A stretch of DNA of 64,000 bases, taken from the NCBI GenBank assembly GCA_043228905.1, contig JBHGNT010000015.1, forward strand, positions 14,942,001-15,006,000, given 5' to 3'. Positions 34,781 through 49,029 of the stretch are shown here, in pieces. A program made the translations under genes and the position numbers. The stretch's first letter is position 1. Every line of letters begins with the position of its first letter. The notes under the pieces were generated by a model. It had not been told where the DNA came from. It made no database searches and saw nothing but the letters and a program-made list of their open reading frames with translations. This DNA is from Azolla caroliniana (taxonomy: Eukaryota; Plantae; Polypodiophyta).

Positions 34781-37700
34781 TCAACACTCCCCCTCAAGCT
34801 CAACTTGAGGCTCTTCGGGATCTTCACAGCACCGGTTCATCCTGGCTTCGCGCCTCGCTCGCGCTCCTCGACCTGTTCGACTCCGCGCGCTTTGACCCTT
34901 CCGGTCGGCTTGTCTGCTCGTGTGGCCCTCATCAACTCTTCTGTTATTGCGGTGTTGACGCTTCTTCTGCTCCATTTTCTTCCGCTTGGGCCTCGGTTGA
35001 TTCCGCGTGTCTGAATTAAACATCTGAACCGACTCGGCTACCTCCGATCGGTCTTCGCTCTCGTCCGAGTTGGCTGTCTCCAACTCGTCTTCGGTCTTCT
35101 CGCCTTCGATGGCGTCATCTTCCCCATGCGTGGTTGGCTTCGGCTCTCTCCTTCGGTTGCTCCCCTTCTGTCCGCTTCCGAACTTTTCGGCGGGTCCGCC
35201 CTCGGCTTCTTCAGCCGATCCGAAGTTGAACTCGACAACCGACTTGGTGTCGCGGTCTCCGCTCCTTTCCTGCTGCTTTGCTTGGTCGTTCGGGACTGTT
35301 CTCCCCCTCAAGTTTGGCACGTCGAGGTGACGCAATCCGAGCGCACCTGAGAATTGCCGCAACTTGTCCAGACCAAGAGGCTTGGTGAAGATTTCGGCAG
35401 TCTGCCGATCCGTCGGAACGTACTGAAGTTCGACTTCACCGGAAAGGACATGCTCACGGACGAAATGGTAGTGCATGTCAATGTGCTTGGTCCGAGCATG
35501 GAAGACGGGGTTCTTCGCGAGTTGGATGCTGCTGAGGTTGTCGCAGTAGATCGTCGTTGGATCGGACACCTCCTCTCACAGGTCCTTAAGTAGCCGCTTC
35601 AACCATATGGCTTTGCATGTTGTGACAGCCGCTCCTCGGTACTCGGCTTCGGTGCTCTACAGTGCAACTGTCGGCTGCTTCTTATTGCTCCACGCGATCG
35701 TGGCACTCCCGAGGGAGAACGCATATCCAGACGTGGATCGGCGATCGGCGGCATTGCCAGCCCAATCAACATCGGTGTAGCCGACTAACCGCGTGGCTGC
35801 ACCGGTCCGATATAGTAGTCCCCGGTCCTTAGTGCCGTTGACATACCGAAGTATGCGCTGCGCACACTGAAGGTGCTCCTCGGTAGGTCGCGGCATGAAC
35901 TGACTGATCACCCCGACCGGATAACTGAGGTCGGGTCGGGTGATGGTCAAGTATATGAGGCTTCTGACAATTTGTCGGAATCTCGTCGGGTCGCATACCT
36001 TTCCCGTATCGGGACGAAGCTTGATGGTTCTGTCCAGAGGAGTCAAGACGGACTTACAGTCGGCCATCCCGAGTTTGAAGAGCATACTCAGCACGTAATG
36101 ACGTTGGCTGATCAATATGCCTTCGGGGGTACGGATCACTTCGATCCCGAGTAAGTAATGAAGGTCTCCTAGATCCTTCATGTCGAACGATGCCGCAAGC
36201 TGGAGCTTCACGCGGTCGATTTCACCTAGGTCGGCGCCGGTGATGACCAAGTCATCAACATATAGTAAAATACTAACCGGTCCGAGTCGACCTTTCCGGA
36301 TGAACAGGGAAGAGTCTGATTTTGACGTGACGAAGCCCATCCGACGCAGTTGTTGCGTGATCTTCGCGTTCCAGCCACGCGGGGCTTGCTTCAGTCCGTA
36401 AAGGGACTTCTTCAGTCGGCATACTGCCAAGGAGTTCGTTCCGGAGTGAAATCCGGGGGGCTGTACCATGTACACTTGTTCCTCAATGTCACTTTGCAGG
36501 AACGCATCCTTTACATCCATTTGATGTAGGTGCCACCCCTTGGCCGCGGCTACTGCGACCAAAACACGAACGGTCGTCATTTTCGCGACCGGCGCAAACG
36601 TCTCATCGTAGTCAATGTCGTGTTTCTACGTGTAGCCCTTTGCCACTAGCCGAGCCTTGTACCGGTTGACCGAGCCATTGGTGTTGTACTTGACTTTGTA
36701 CACCCATCTACATCCGATCGGTTTTACCCACTTCGGTGCGTCAACCAGGTCCCAGGTCTTGTTCTCCGCCAATGCGTGCATCTCTTCCTCCATCGCGGAA
36801 TGCCAATTCGCGTCTCTAGCCGCTTCTGCGTAGCTCTCCGGCTCACGCACTTCAGCTACACAGGTCATGTACGCATAATGATGCGCCATGTACTCGTTGT
36901 ATCCGAACCGCACAACTGGGTTCTTCTGGCGGGTTGATCGGCGTAATCTCACGTTAGCCGATGTCGAGGCCTTCTCGGTCGACGCGGTCTTCACCTTTAA
37001 AGACCCGTCACCGGTTCCCTCGAAGTCGGACTCGCGTCGGTCTGACTTGTTCCTATCCTTCCTGGACTCTGACACCTTCTTCTTCCCTTTTTCTTTGCGC
37101 GTAAGCCGTCTCCTCGGCTTCCTACATGAGGAATGCACGGCCGAGTCTCCACTACTCGCCGGATCTTCGTCGGACTGGTCGTACCGACCCAGTCGTCCAA
37201 TTGGTCCACTTAACCGGAGTGAAATCGGACTCTCTTCGTAGGTCTCGATTTCGGGCTCATCCGGAGGCATCTCGGCCTCGCTGACCTCATCGTTAGAGCT
37301 CGGATTGGGGGCAGGGTTCGGAGTCGGGGGCAGGTACCAAGACGCGGACTCGTCAAACACAACGTCGCAGCTAACACGCGCTTGTTTGGTGCAAGGGTTA
37401 TAGCACTTATAACCCTTCTGCTCGTCGTAGTAACCACCGACCAAGATGCATTTCTCGGCCTTTGCGTCCAGCTTCCTCCTTTTCTCCTTCGGTACATGCA
37501 CATACAAAATGCTACCGAACACCCTCAAGTGTCGCAAGTTCGGCTTCGTTCCGAAATATAGCTCGTGCGCCAACACTTTGTCTCCGATCCGGTTCTGGAT
37601 GTATACCGCGGTCCTTACCGCCTTCGCCCAGTAGAACTTGGGCAAGCTCTTCTCCTCCAGCATTGCCCGTGCCGCTTCCACAACTGACCGATTCTTTCTC

Positions 37701-40232
37701 TCGGCCACGCCGTTCTGCTCCGGCGTGTATCTACAACTGAATTCGTGCTGAATTCCCATTTGTTGTAGATAACCGTTGAATTGACCACAAAAGTACTCTT
37801 TCCCGCCATCCGACCACAGGCACTTGATCTGTAGGGAACTCGACGTTCCTTATGTCCGACGCTCGGCCACAACCGAGATTCTTTTCATACACAGAAAAAA
37901 CAGGTAATGAACTGCAACGCAAAAGGGAGAAATGGTACACAGGAGGTTTACGTGGAAAACCCCAAAATAGGGAAAAAAACCACGACAGCCCACAAGCTGC
38001 AAACTGTCACTATGTAGGAATATACAACAGTGAGTTCACTGAGGCAACAACCTCGTGCTCTCAGATCTTCGCAACAGGCGGCGGTTACAACAGAGGCAAC
38101 GACCTCGTCTCTCTCCCTCTCTCTCTGTACAGTTACGCGCTCTCACTTCTTCTTGCACCAACAAGGAAGAATAATAACAACAAAAAACGACACACAAAAA
38201 GTTTGCCCTAAATCATATTTATACTAATATGACTTTTCGGCTATTTACAAATGTAGCCTCGATGGGCTCTCAGAAACATATTTACGAATATATCTCTTCC
38301 TCTGGTTCATACCGGGCCTGCACCATCCGGCTCTCCGTAGTAGGGTACTCCCCATCCGGTTCATACCGGGCCTACACCATCTGGCTCTCCGCAGTCGGGT
38401 ACTCCCCATCCGGTTCATAACGTTTCCCATCCGACACTGCTCTTCTCCCTTCCCATCCGGAGGGACCTGTCTCCCAACATGATCTTTCGTCCCGTTTCCG
38501 TTTCCACGAACCCTTTGAGGTCCTGGAAACAGTCGAAGAATTCGCTCTTCCTTTCAATGAGGTAGATCCACGTGTGCCGCGTGTGGTCGTCGATGAAGGA
38601 GACGAAATATCAGCTCCCGCCAAGACTAACATTTTGTGCCGGCCCCCACACATTGGAGTGTATAAGGTCGAGCTTGTTCCGGCTCCGGTTTCGCTCGTTG
38701 GGGAAAGGAAGTCGGTGTTGCTTCCCGAGCTGCAGGCTACACAAATTTGTGCCTTTCGGCCACTAAATTTGGGCAATCCGAACACTACTTGTTTTGATTG
38801 CAGATCTTGAAGCCGCTGGTGGTTGACGTGGCCTATCCGCTTGTGGCACAAGTCAATGTCCGACTCGGATTTTTGTCCCTTCACGAACATTGTGGTGCCG
38901 CCGTTAGTGGAGTCGAGGATGAACATCCTCTCGTCTTTGCGCCCTTGCGCAATCACACGGCCTTCTTCCTCAATGAAGCACCCAAGGTGTGTAAACAGAA
39001 CCTCCATCCCTTGGTCGACAATCTATCCGACCGAGACCAAGTTCTTCGTGATTGTCGGAACGTGCACCACGTTCATGAGTTTCCCTTTCTGCCCAACATG
39101 GCTAAGGGGAACTTCTCTAACATTCGCGATCGGATGCGGAGTGTCGTCTCCAACTGCGACTACTCCAGGTTGTATTGGCTTTTCAAGGTACGAGAACCAC
39201 TTGTTACGGCTCGTCATGTGGTTTGATGCTCCGGAGTCTACGTACCACACCTCGTCCAATCTTAGGGTGGTCTGTTTCATTGAGTTTGCTTCGTGTCTCG
39301 TCACGAAGGCAGTCCCTTCTCCGGCTCTCCCGTAGTCTTCGGCGTAGTGCGATCGCTGCCGATTTCCTTTGTCGGTATGTCCGAAGCCGTTTCCGGAACC
39401 GGTTCTCTCCGACTCGGCACGCTTCTTCCAACACTCACTTTCCCTGTGGCCTTTCTTGCCACAATACCAGCACTCCGCGATGGCCTTCCCTTGCCGGTTC
39501 TCATCGCTTCGACTCCCCCTGTTTCCGGAGGGTCCGGAGTTGCTGTCGGCATCACTTCGGTGCCTTCTTTCTTGATCTCGTCGGCCGCCTCCATTGCGTG
39601 CTGACTCGCCTCGTCCTCCACGTCCACGGGGCCTATCTCCCTCCGTGTACAGCATTCTGTTGTCGGTGGGCGTGGTTGTAGACGCACCAGCGTGGTTCTC
39701 CTCTACCAGGACGGCGTATTCTCCCGGGTACACACAACCGTTCGGAATGCTCCGAACTTCGACGCCAAACCTCCGAGACAGATCTGGACCGTCTCGCTCT
39801 CCTCGATGTTCACCTCTATGGAGGCGAGGGAGTCGCAGATATCCTTGATTTTCGAGGTATAGTCCGCCACCGACAAGTCGCGTTGTCGTAGGTTGCTCAA
39901 CTCCTGTCGGAGCTGAAAATCCTGGCTGTGGTGTTCGCGGTGAAGATCTTCTTCAGATTTTCCCATGCACCCTTCGGCTTCTTTGCATCCCGAACATAGC
40001 TCAATAGTTGTTCGCCCACACACGACGCGAAGCAGTATAATACCCTGCTCGCCGATTGCTCCCACAACGGAAAGTCTCTGTGTGTCGATTCGGGTGCCGC
40101 GTCATTAGCTCCTTCGACATAACTCAAGTATCCGTGCCCGAGCAGGTACTGGTGCATCTTGTAGGACCAAGACGCGTAGTTGGTTCTGTCGAGCTTCTCA
40201 GTTGGAAGTGAGCTCACCATGCCTCTAGCCAT
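34781..40232 (-). pseudogene. Copia gag-pol, broken by stops, frameshifts and a solo LTR
   Basis: EKLDRTNYASW, CWYCGKKGHRESEC, WYVDSGASNHM, NGVAERKNR, LYVDDLVI, YTDVDWAG, HARTKHI. Confidence 0.92.
37830..38479 (-). mobile_element. Solo LTR related to the 657-1248 LTR family
   Basis: TG...CA ends, TSD TGATC on both sides; shares CTCGGCCACAACCGA, GTGGAAAACCC and GTTTGCCCTAA.TCATATTTATACT with 657-1248. Confidence 0.93.
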
Positions 40233-40728
40233 CGTTCTTCTTGTTCTTCTTCGTCAAGCTGTGTCGGCTGCAGAGAGGTTCTCAACCATCGCGCTCTGAT
40301 ACCATGTAAAAAGTAAGGTGCGGAAGAAAGTATGAAAACCGAACAGAAGGAAGGAAACTCAGGTTCGATGGAGAGCTTGAGCTTACGCAGTATACTCGGG
40401 AGAGACAAAGAGAGAAAACACAAAAAACTATATTCAACAATAATACTAAATCTGTACATAAGACGTGCTCACTGAGCACTTTTATACAAGTCCTAGAAGG
40501 ACTGACAATACTTCAATGCTCATCAAGAGCTCCTACACTAACTCCCAAATATATTCCTCACGGAATATCTTTCCTAACGACCTCCATGTTTATGCACTCA
40601 ACCTAACTGATCGGGTCCTCGGATTCTTCAGCCAATCCGGCCGATGTTGAACTTCTCTCTCAATAGTTTTTAGGTATTTCATATTTATAGGTTCAAGTAC
40701 ACGAGATTAATATCTAAACGTGACATGT

Positions 40729-40802
40729 CGCTCCAAGGAGGGCTTGAACCTCCGACCTTATGGTTAACAGCCACACGCTCTAGCCAACTGAGCTATTGAA
40801 GC
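40729..40802 (-). tRNA. tRNA-Asn(GTT)
   Basis: Consensus except a G-U pair in the anticodon stem. Confidence 0.75.
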
Positions 40803-43467
40803 ACATGGATTTTGTATAATATTAGGTACCCCATTACCTTCTAGATCTCAATTGTCTCAAGCAATTAAAATGTGCAAGATATGTAGTTCATAGGTATTTC
40901 ATATTTATAGGTTCAAGTACATGGGGCTAATTAAATTGGCTTTTTAGGTATTTCATATTTATAGGTTCTAGATCTCAATTGGTCGTGTCAAACAATTAAA
41001 ATGCGGGAGATATGTAGTTAATAGGTATTTATATTTATAGGTTCAAGTACATGGGACTAATTAAATTGGTTTTTTAGGTATTTCATATTTATAGGTTCAA
41101 GTACACACGATTAATATCTAAACTTGAAATGTCACTCCAAGGAGGGCTTGAACATCTGACCATATGGATAACAAGCATATGCTCTAGCCAACTGATCTAT
41201 TGGAGCACATATATTTTGTATAATATTAGGTGCCCCACTACCTTCTAGATCTCAATTACTCGTCTGAGGCAATTAAAATGCAGCAGATATGTAGTTTATA
41301 TGTATTTCATATTTATAGGTTCAAGTACATGGCATTAATTAAATTGGTTTTTTAGGTATTTCATATTTATAGGTTCATATAGACGGGATTAATATCTAAA
41401 CTTGACATGTCGCTCCAAGGAGGGCTCGAACCTCCGACCTTATGGTTAACAACCATACGCTCTAGCGAACTGAGCTATTGAAGCACATGGATTTTGTATA
41501 AACTAGATACCCCATTACCTTCTAGATCTCAATTGGTCATCTCAAGCAATTAAAATGTGGAAGCTATGTAGTTCATAGGTATTTCATATGTATAGGTTCA
41601 AGTACATGGGATTAATTAAATTAGCTTTTTAGGTATTTCATATTTATAGGTTCAAGTACACGAGATTAATATCTAAACGTGACATGTCGCTCCAAGGCGG
41701 GCTTGAACCTCCGACCTTATGGTTAACAGCCATACGCTCTAGCCAACTAAGCTATTGAAGCACATGGATTTTGGGTAATATTAGGTAGTCCATTACGTTC
41801 CAGATCTCAATTGTCGTCTCAAGCAAATAAAATGTGGAAGATATGTAGTTCATAGGTATTTCATATTTATAGGTTCAAGTACATGGGATTAATTAAATTG
41901 GCTTTTTAGGTATTTTATATTTATAGCTTCTAGATCTCAATTGGTCGTGTCAAACAATTAAAATGCAGGAGATATGTAGTTCATAGGTATTTTATATTTA
42001 TAGGTTCAAGTACATGGGATTAATTAAATTGGTTTTTTAGGTATTTCATATTTATAGGTTCAAGTACACGGGATTAATATCTAAACTTGACATGTGGCTC
42101 CAAGGAGGGCTTGAACCTCCGACCTTATGGTTAACAATCATACGCTCTAGCCAACTGATCTATTGAAGCACATATACTTTTATAAAATTAGGTACCCCAC
42201 TACCTTCTAGATCTCAATTGCTCGTCTCAGGCAATTAAAATGTAGAAGATATGTAGTTTATACGTATTTTCATATTTCTAGGTTCAAGTACATGGCATTT
42301 ATTAAATTGATTTTTTAGGTATTTCATGTTTATAGGTTCATGTACACGAGATTAATATCTAAACTTGACATGTCGCTCCAAGGAGGGCTTGAACCTCCAA
42401 CCTTTTGGTTAACAGCCATACGCTCTAGCGAACTGAGCTATTGAAGCACATGGATTTTGTATAATATTAGGTACCCCATTACCTTCTAGATCTCAATTGT
42501 TATCTCAAGCAATTAAAATGTGGGAGATATGTAGTTCATAGGTATTTTATATTTATAGGATCAAGTACATGGGATTAATTAAATTGGCTTTTTAGGTATT
42601 TCATATTTATAGCTTCTAGATTTCAATTGGTCGTCTCAAACAATTAAAATGCAGGAGATATGTAGTTCATAGGTATTTTATATTTATACGTTCAAGTACA
42701 TGGGATTAATTAAATTGGTTTTTTAGGTATTTCATATTTATAGGTTCGAGTACACGGGATTAATATCTAAACTTGACATGTGGCTCCGAGGAGGTCTTGA
42801 ACCTCCGACCTTATGGTAAACAATCATACGCTCTAGCCAACTGATCTATTGAAGCACATATACTTTTATAAAATTAGGTACCCCACTACCTTCTAGATCT
42901 CAATTTCTCGTCTCAGGCAATTAAAATGTAGAAGATATGTAGTTTATACGTATTTTCATATTTCTAGGTTCAAGTACATGGCATTTATTAAATTGATTTT
43001 TTAGGTATTTAATATTTATAGGTTCATGTACACGAGATTAATATCTAAACTTGACATGTCGCTCCAAGGAGGGCTTGAACCTCCAACCTTTTGGTTAACA
43101 GCCATACGCTCTAGCGAACTGAGCTATTGAAGCACATGGATTTTGTATAATATTAGGTACCCCATTACCTTCTAGATCTCAATTGTCGTCTCAAGCAATT
43201 AAAATTTGGAATATATGTAGTTCAGAGGTATTTCATATGTATAGGTTTGAGTACATGGGATTAACTAAATTGGCTTTTTAGGTATTTCATATTTATAGGT
43301 TCTAGATCTCAATTGGTCGTCTCAAGCAATTAAAATGCGGAAGATATGTAGTTCATAGGTATTTCATATTTATAGGTTCACGTACATGGGATTAATTAAA
43401 TTGGTTTTTTAGGTATTTCATATTTATAGGTTCTTGTACACAGGATTAATATCTAAACTTGACATAT

Positions 43468-43541
43468 CGCTCCAAGGAGGGCTTGAACCTCCGACCTTAT
43501 GGTTAACAGCCATACGCTCTAGCCAACTGAGCTATTGAAGC
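43468..43541 (-). tRNA. tRNA-Asn(GTT), consensus copy
   Basis: Complete cloverleaf, same sequence as 32597. Confidence 0.85.
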
Positions 43542-46211
43542 ACATAGATTTTGTATAATATTAGGTACCCCACTACCTTCTAGATCTCAATTTCTCGTCT
43601 CAGGCAATTAAAATGCACAAGATATGTAGTTTATACGTATTTCATATTTATATGTTCATGTACATGGGATTAATTAAATTGGTTTTTTAGGTATTTCATA
43701 TTTATAGGTTCATGTACACGGGATTAATATCTAAACTTGACATGTCGCTCCAAAGAGGGCTTGAACCTCCGACCTTATGGTTAACAGTCATACGCTCTAG
43801 CCAACTGAGCTATTGAAGCACATGGATTTTGTATAATATTAGGTACCCCATTACCTTCTAGATCTCAATTGTTATCTCAAGCAATTAAAATGTGGGAGAT
43901 ATGTAGTTCATAGGTATTTTATATTTATAGGATCAAGTACATGGGATTAATTAAATTGGCTTTTTAGGTATTTCATATTTATAGCTTCTAGATTTCAATT
44001 GGTCGTCTCAAACAATTAAAATGCAGGAGATATGTAGTTCATAGGTATTTTATATTTATAGTTTCAAGTACATGGGATTAATTAAATTGGTTTTTTAGGT
44101 ATTTCATATTTATAGGTTCAAGTACACGGGATTAATATCTAAACTTGACATGTGGCTCCAAGGAGGTCTTGAACCTCCGACCTTATGGTAAACAATCATA
44201 CGCTCTAGCCAACTGATCTATTGAAGCACATATACTTTTATAAAATTAGGTACCCCACTACCTTCTAGATCTCAATTTCTCGTCTCAGGCAATTAAAATG
44301 TAGAAGATATGTAGTTTATACGTATTTTCATATTTCTAGGTTCAAGTACATGGCATTTATTAAATTGATTTTTTAGGTATTTAATATTTATAGGTTCATG
44401 TACACGAGATTAATATCTAAACTTGACATGTCGCTCCAAGGAGGGCTTGAACCTTCAACCTTTTGGTTAACAGCCATACGCTCTAGCGAACTGAGCTATT
44501 GAAGCACATGGATTTTGTATAATATTAGGTACCCCATTACCTTCTAGATCTCAATTGTCGTCTCAAGCAATTAAAATTTGGAATATATGTAGTTCAGAGG
44601 TATTTCATATGTATAGGTTTGAGTACATGGGATTAACTAAATTGGCTTTTTAGGTACTTCATATTTATAGGTTCTAGATCTCAATTGGTCGTCTCAAGCA
44701 ATTAAAATGCGGAAGATATGTAGTTCATAGGTATTTCATATTTATAGGTTCACGTACATGGGATTAATTAAATTGGTTTTTTAGGTATTTCATATTTATA
44801 GGTTCTTGTACACAGGATTAATATCTAAACTTGACATATCGCTCCAAGTAGGGCTTGAACCTCCGACCTTATGGTTAACAGCCATACGCTCTAGCCAACT
44901 GAGCTATTGAAGCACATAGATTTTGTATAATATTAGGTACCCCACTACCTTCTAGATCTCAATTTCTCGTCTCAGGCAATTAAAATGCACAAGATATGTA
45001 GTTTATACGTATTTCATATTTATATGTTCATGTACATGGGATTAATTAAATTGGTTTTTTAGGTATTTCATATTTATAGGTTCATGTACACGGGATTAAT
45101 ATCTAAACTTGACATGTCGCTCCAAAGAGGGCTTGAACCTCCGACCTTATGGTTAACAGTCATACGCTCTAGCCAACTGAGCTATTGAAGCACATGGATT
45201 TTGTTTAATATTAGGTATCCCATTACCTTCTAGATCTCAATTGTCGTCTCAAGCAATTAAAATTTGGAATATATGTAGTTCAGAGGTATTTCATATGTAT
45301 AGGTTTGAGTACATGGGATTAACTAAATTGGCTTTTTAGGTATTTCATATTTATAGGTTCTAGATCTCAATTGGTCGTCTCAAGCAATTAAAATGCGGAA
45401 GATATGTAGTTCATAGGTATTTCATATTTATAGGTTCACGTAGATGGGATTAATTAAATTGGTTTTTTAGGTATTTCATATTTATAGGTTCTTGTACACA
45501 GGATTAATATCTAAACTTGACATATCGCTCCGAGGAGGGCTTGAACCTCCGACCTTATGGTTAACAGCCATACGCTCTAGCCAACTGAGCTATTGAAGCA
45601 CATAGATTTTGTATAATATTAGGTACCCCACTACCTTCTAGATCTCAATTTCTCGTCTCAGGCAATTAAAATGCAGAAGATATGTAGTTTATACGTATTT
45701 CATATTTATATGTTCATGTACATGGGATTAATTAAATTGGTTTTTTAGGTATTTCATATTTATAGGTTCATGTACACGGGATTAATATCTAAACTTGACA
45801 TGTCCCTCCAAAGAGGGCTTGAACCTCCGACCTTATGGTTAACAGTCATACGCTCTAGCCAACTGAGCTATTGAAGCACATGGATTTTGTTTAATATTAG
45901 GTACCCCATTACCTTCTAGATCTCAATTGTCGTCTCAAGCAATTAAAATTTGGAATATATGTAGTTCATAGGTATTTCATATGTATAGGTTCGAGTACAT
46001 GGGATTAATTAAATTGGCTTTTTAGGTATTTCATATTTATAGGTTCTAGATCTCAATTGGTCGTCTCAAGCAATTAAAATGCGGAAGATATGTAGTTCAT
46101 AGGTATTTCATATTTATAGGTTCACGTACATGGGATTAATTAAATTGGTTTTTTAGGTATTTCATATTTATAGGTTCTTGTACACAGGATTAATATCTAA
46201 ACTTGACATTT

Positions 46212-46285
46212 CGCTCCAAGGAGGGCTTGAACCTCCGACCTTATGGTTAACAGCCATACGCTCTAGCCAACTGAGCTATTGAAGC
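46212..46285 (-). tRNA. tRNA-Asn(GTT), consensus copy
   Basis: Complete cloverleaf. Confidence 0.85.
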
Positions 46286-46897
46286 ACATAGATTTTGTAT
46301 AATATTAGGTACCCCACTACCTTCTAGATCTCAATTTCTCGTCTCAGGCAATTAAAATGCACAAGATATGTAGTTTATACGTATTTCATATTTATATGTT
46401 CATGTACATGGGATTAATTAAATTGGTTTTTTAGGTATTTCATATTTATAGGTTCATGTACACGGGATTAATATCTAAACTTGACATGTCGCTCCAAAGA
46501 GGGCTTGAACCTCCGACCTTATGGTTAACAGTCATACGCTCTAGCCAACTGAGCTATTGAAGCACATGGATTTTGTTTAATATTAGGTATCCCATTACCT
46601 TCTAGATCTCAATTGTCGTCTCAAGCAATTAAAATTTGGAATATATGTAGTTCAGAGGTATTTCATATGTATAGGTTTGAGTACATGGGATTAACTAAAT
46701 TGGCTTTTTAGGTATTTCATATTTATAGGTTCTAGATCTCAATTGGTCGTCTCAAGCAATTAAAATGCGGAAGATATGTAGTTCATAGGTATTTCATATT
46801 TATAGGTTCACGTAGATGGGATTAATTAAATTGGTTTTTTAGGTATTTCATATTTATAGGTTCTTGTACACAGGATTAATATCTAAACTTGACATAT

Positions 46898-46971
46898 CGC
46901 TCCAAGGAGGGCTTGAACCTCCGACCTTATGGTTAACAGCCATACGCTCTAGCCAACTGAGCTATTGAAGC
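46898..46971 (-). tRNA. tRNA-Asn(GTT), consensus copy
   Basis: Complete cloverleaf. Confidence 0.85.
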
Positions 46972-47583
46972 ACATAGATTTTGTATAATATTAGGTACCC
47001 CACTACCTTCTAGATCTCAATTTCTCGTCTCAGGCAATTAAAATGCAGAAGATATGTAGTTTATACGTATTTCATATTTATATGTTCATGTACATGGGAT
47101 TAATTAAATTGGTTTTTTAGGTATTTCATATTTATAGGTTCATGTACACGGGATTAATATCTAAACTTGACATGTCCCTCCAAAGAGGGCTTGAACCTCC
47201 GACCTTATGGTTAACAGTCATACGCTCTAGCCAACTGAGCTATTGAAGCACATGGATTTTGTTTAATATTAGGTACCCCATTACCTTCTAGATCTCAATT
47301 GTCGTCTCAAGCAATTAAAATTTGGAATATATGTAGTTCATAGGTATTTCATATGTATAGGTTCGAGTACATGGGATTAATTAAATTGGCTTTTTAGGTA
47401 TTTCATATTTATAGGTTCTAGATCTCAATTGGTCGTCTCAAGCAATTAAAATGCGGAAGATATGTAGTTCATAGGTATTTCATATTTATAGGTTCACGTA
47501 CATGGGATTAATTAAATTGGTTTTTTAGGTATTTCATATTTATAGGTTCTTGTACACAGGATTAATATCTAAACTTGACATTT

Positions 47584-47657
47584 CGCTCCAAGGAGGGCTT
47601 GAACCTCCGACCTTATGGTTAACAGCCATACGCTCTAGCCAACTGAGCTATTGAAGC
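47584..47657 (-). tRNA. tRNA-Asn(GTT), consensus copy
   Basis: Complete cloverleaf. Confidence 0.85.
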
Positions 47658-48269
47658 ACATAGATTTTGTATAATATTAGGTACCCCACTACCTTCTAGA
47701 TCTCAATTTCTCGTCTCAGGCAATTAAAATGCACAAGATATGTAGTTTATACGTATTTCATATTTATATGTTCATGTACATGGGATTAATTAAATTGGTT
47801 TTTTAGGTATTTCATATTTATAGGTTCATGTACACGGGATTAATATCTAAACTTGACATGTCGCTCCAAAGAGGGCTTGAACCTCCGACCTTATGGTTAA
47901 CAGTCATACGCTCTAGCCAACTGAGCTATTGAAGCACATGGATTTTGTTTAATATTAGGTATCCCATTACCTTCTAGATCTCAATTGTCGTCTCAAGCAA
48001 TTAAAATTTGGAATATATGTAGTTCAGAGGTATTTCATATGTATAGGTTCGAGTACATGGGATTAACTAAATTGGCTTTTTAGGTATTTCATATTTATAG
48101 GTTCTAGATCTCAATTGGTCGTCTCAAGCAATTAAAATGCGGAAGATATGTAGTTCATAGGTATTTCATATTTATAGGTTCACGTAGATGGGATTAATTA
48201 AATTGGTTTTTTAGGTATTTCATATTTATAGGTTCTTGTACACAGGATTAATATCTAAACTTGACATAT

Positions 48270-48343
48270 CGCTCCAAGGAGGGCTTGAACCTCCGACCTT
48301 ATGGTTAACAGCCATACGCTCTAGCCAACTGAGCTATTGAAGC
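48270..48343 (-). tRNA. tRNA-Asn(GTT), consensus copy
   Basis: Complete cloverleaf. Confidence 0.85.
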
Positions 48344-48955
48344 ACATAGATTTTGTATAATATTAGGTACCCCACTACCTTCTAGATCTCAATTTCTCGT
48401 CTCAGGCAATTAAAATGCAGAAGATATGTAGTTTATACGTATTTCATATTTATATGTTCATGTACATGGGATTAATTAAATTGGTTTTTTAGGTATTTCA
48501 TATTTATAGGTTCATGTACACGGGATTAATATCTAAACTTGACATGTCCCTCCAAAGAGGGCTTGAACCTCCGACCTTATGGTTAACAGTCATACGCTCT
48601 AGCCAACTGAGCTATTGAAGCACATGGATTTTGTTTAATATTAGGTACCCCATTACCTTCTAGATCTCAATTGTCGTCTCAAGCAATTAAAATTTGGAAT
48701 ATATGTAGTTCATAGGTATTTCATATGTATAGGTTCGAGTACATGGGATTAATTAAATTGGCTTTTTAGGTATTTCATATTTATAGGTTCTAGATCTCAA
48801 TTGGTCGTCTCAAGCAATTAAAATGCGGAAGATATGTAGTTCATAGGTATTTCATATTTATAGGTTCACGTACATGGGATTAATTAAATTGGTTTTTTAG
48901 GTATTTCATATTTATAGGTTCTTGTACACAGGATTAATATCTAAACTTGACATAT

Positions 48956-49029
48956 CGCTCCAAGGAGGGCTTGAACCTCCGACCTTATGGTTAACAGCCA
49001 TACGCTCTAGCCAACTGAGCTATTGAAGC
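48956..49029 (-). tRNA. tRNA-Asn(GTT), consensus copy
   Basis: Complete cloverleaf. Confidence 0.85.

Larger units (their letters stand above)
34421..40665 (-). mobile_element. Full-length but decayed Ty1/Copia element inserted in the tRNA array
   Basis: LTRs 34421-34786 and 40305-40665 (diverged, with indels), TSD GTTTT (34416-34420 and 40666-40670), iMet PBS 40293-40304, PPT 34787-34800. Confidence 0.95.

Noticed and set aside
40690-40700. Spacer motif GGTTCAAGTAC as extra B boxes on +
   Set aside because: It lacks the invariant C61 and is often mutated (GGTTCATG, GGTTCTTG, GGTTCACG) in the most homogeneous units.
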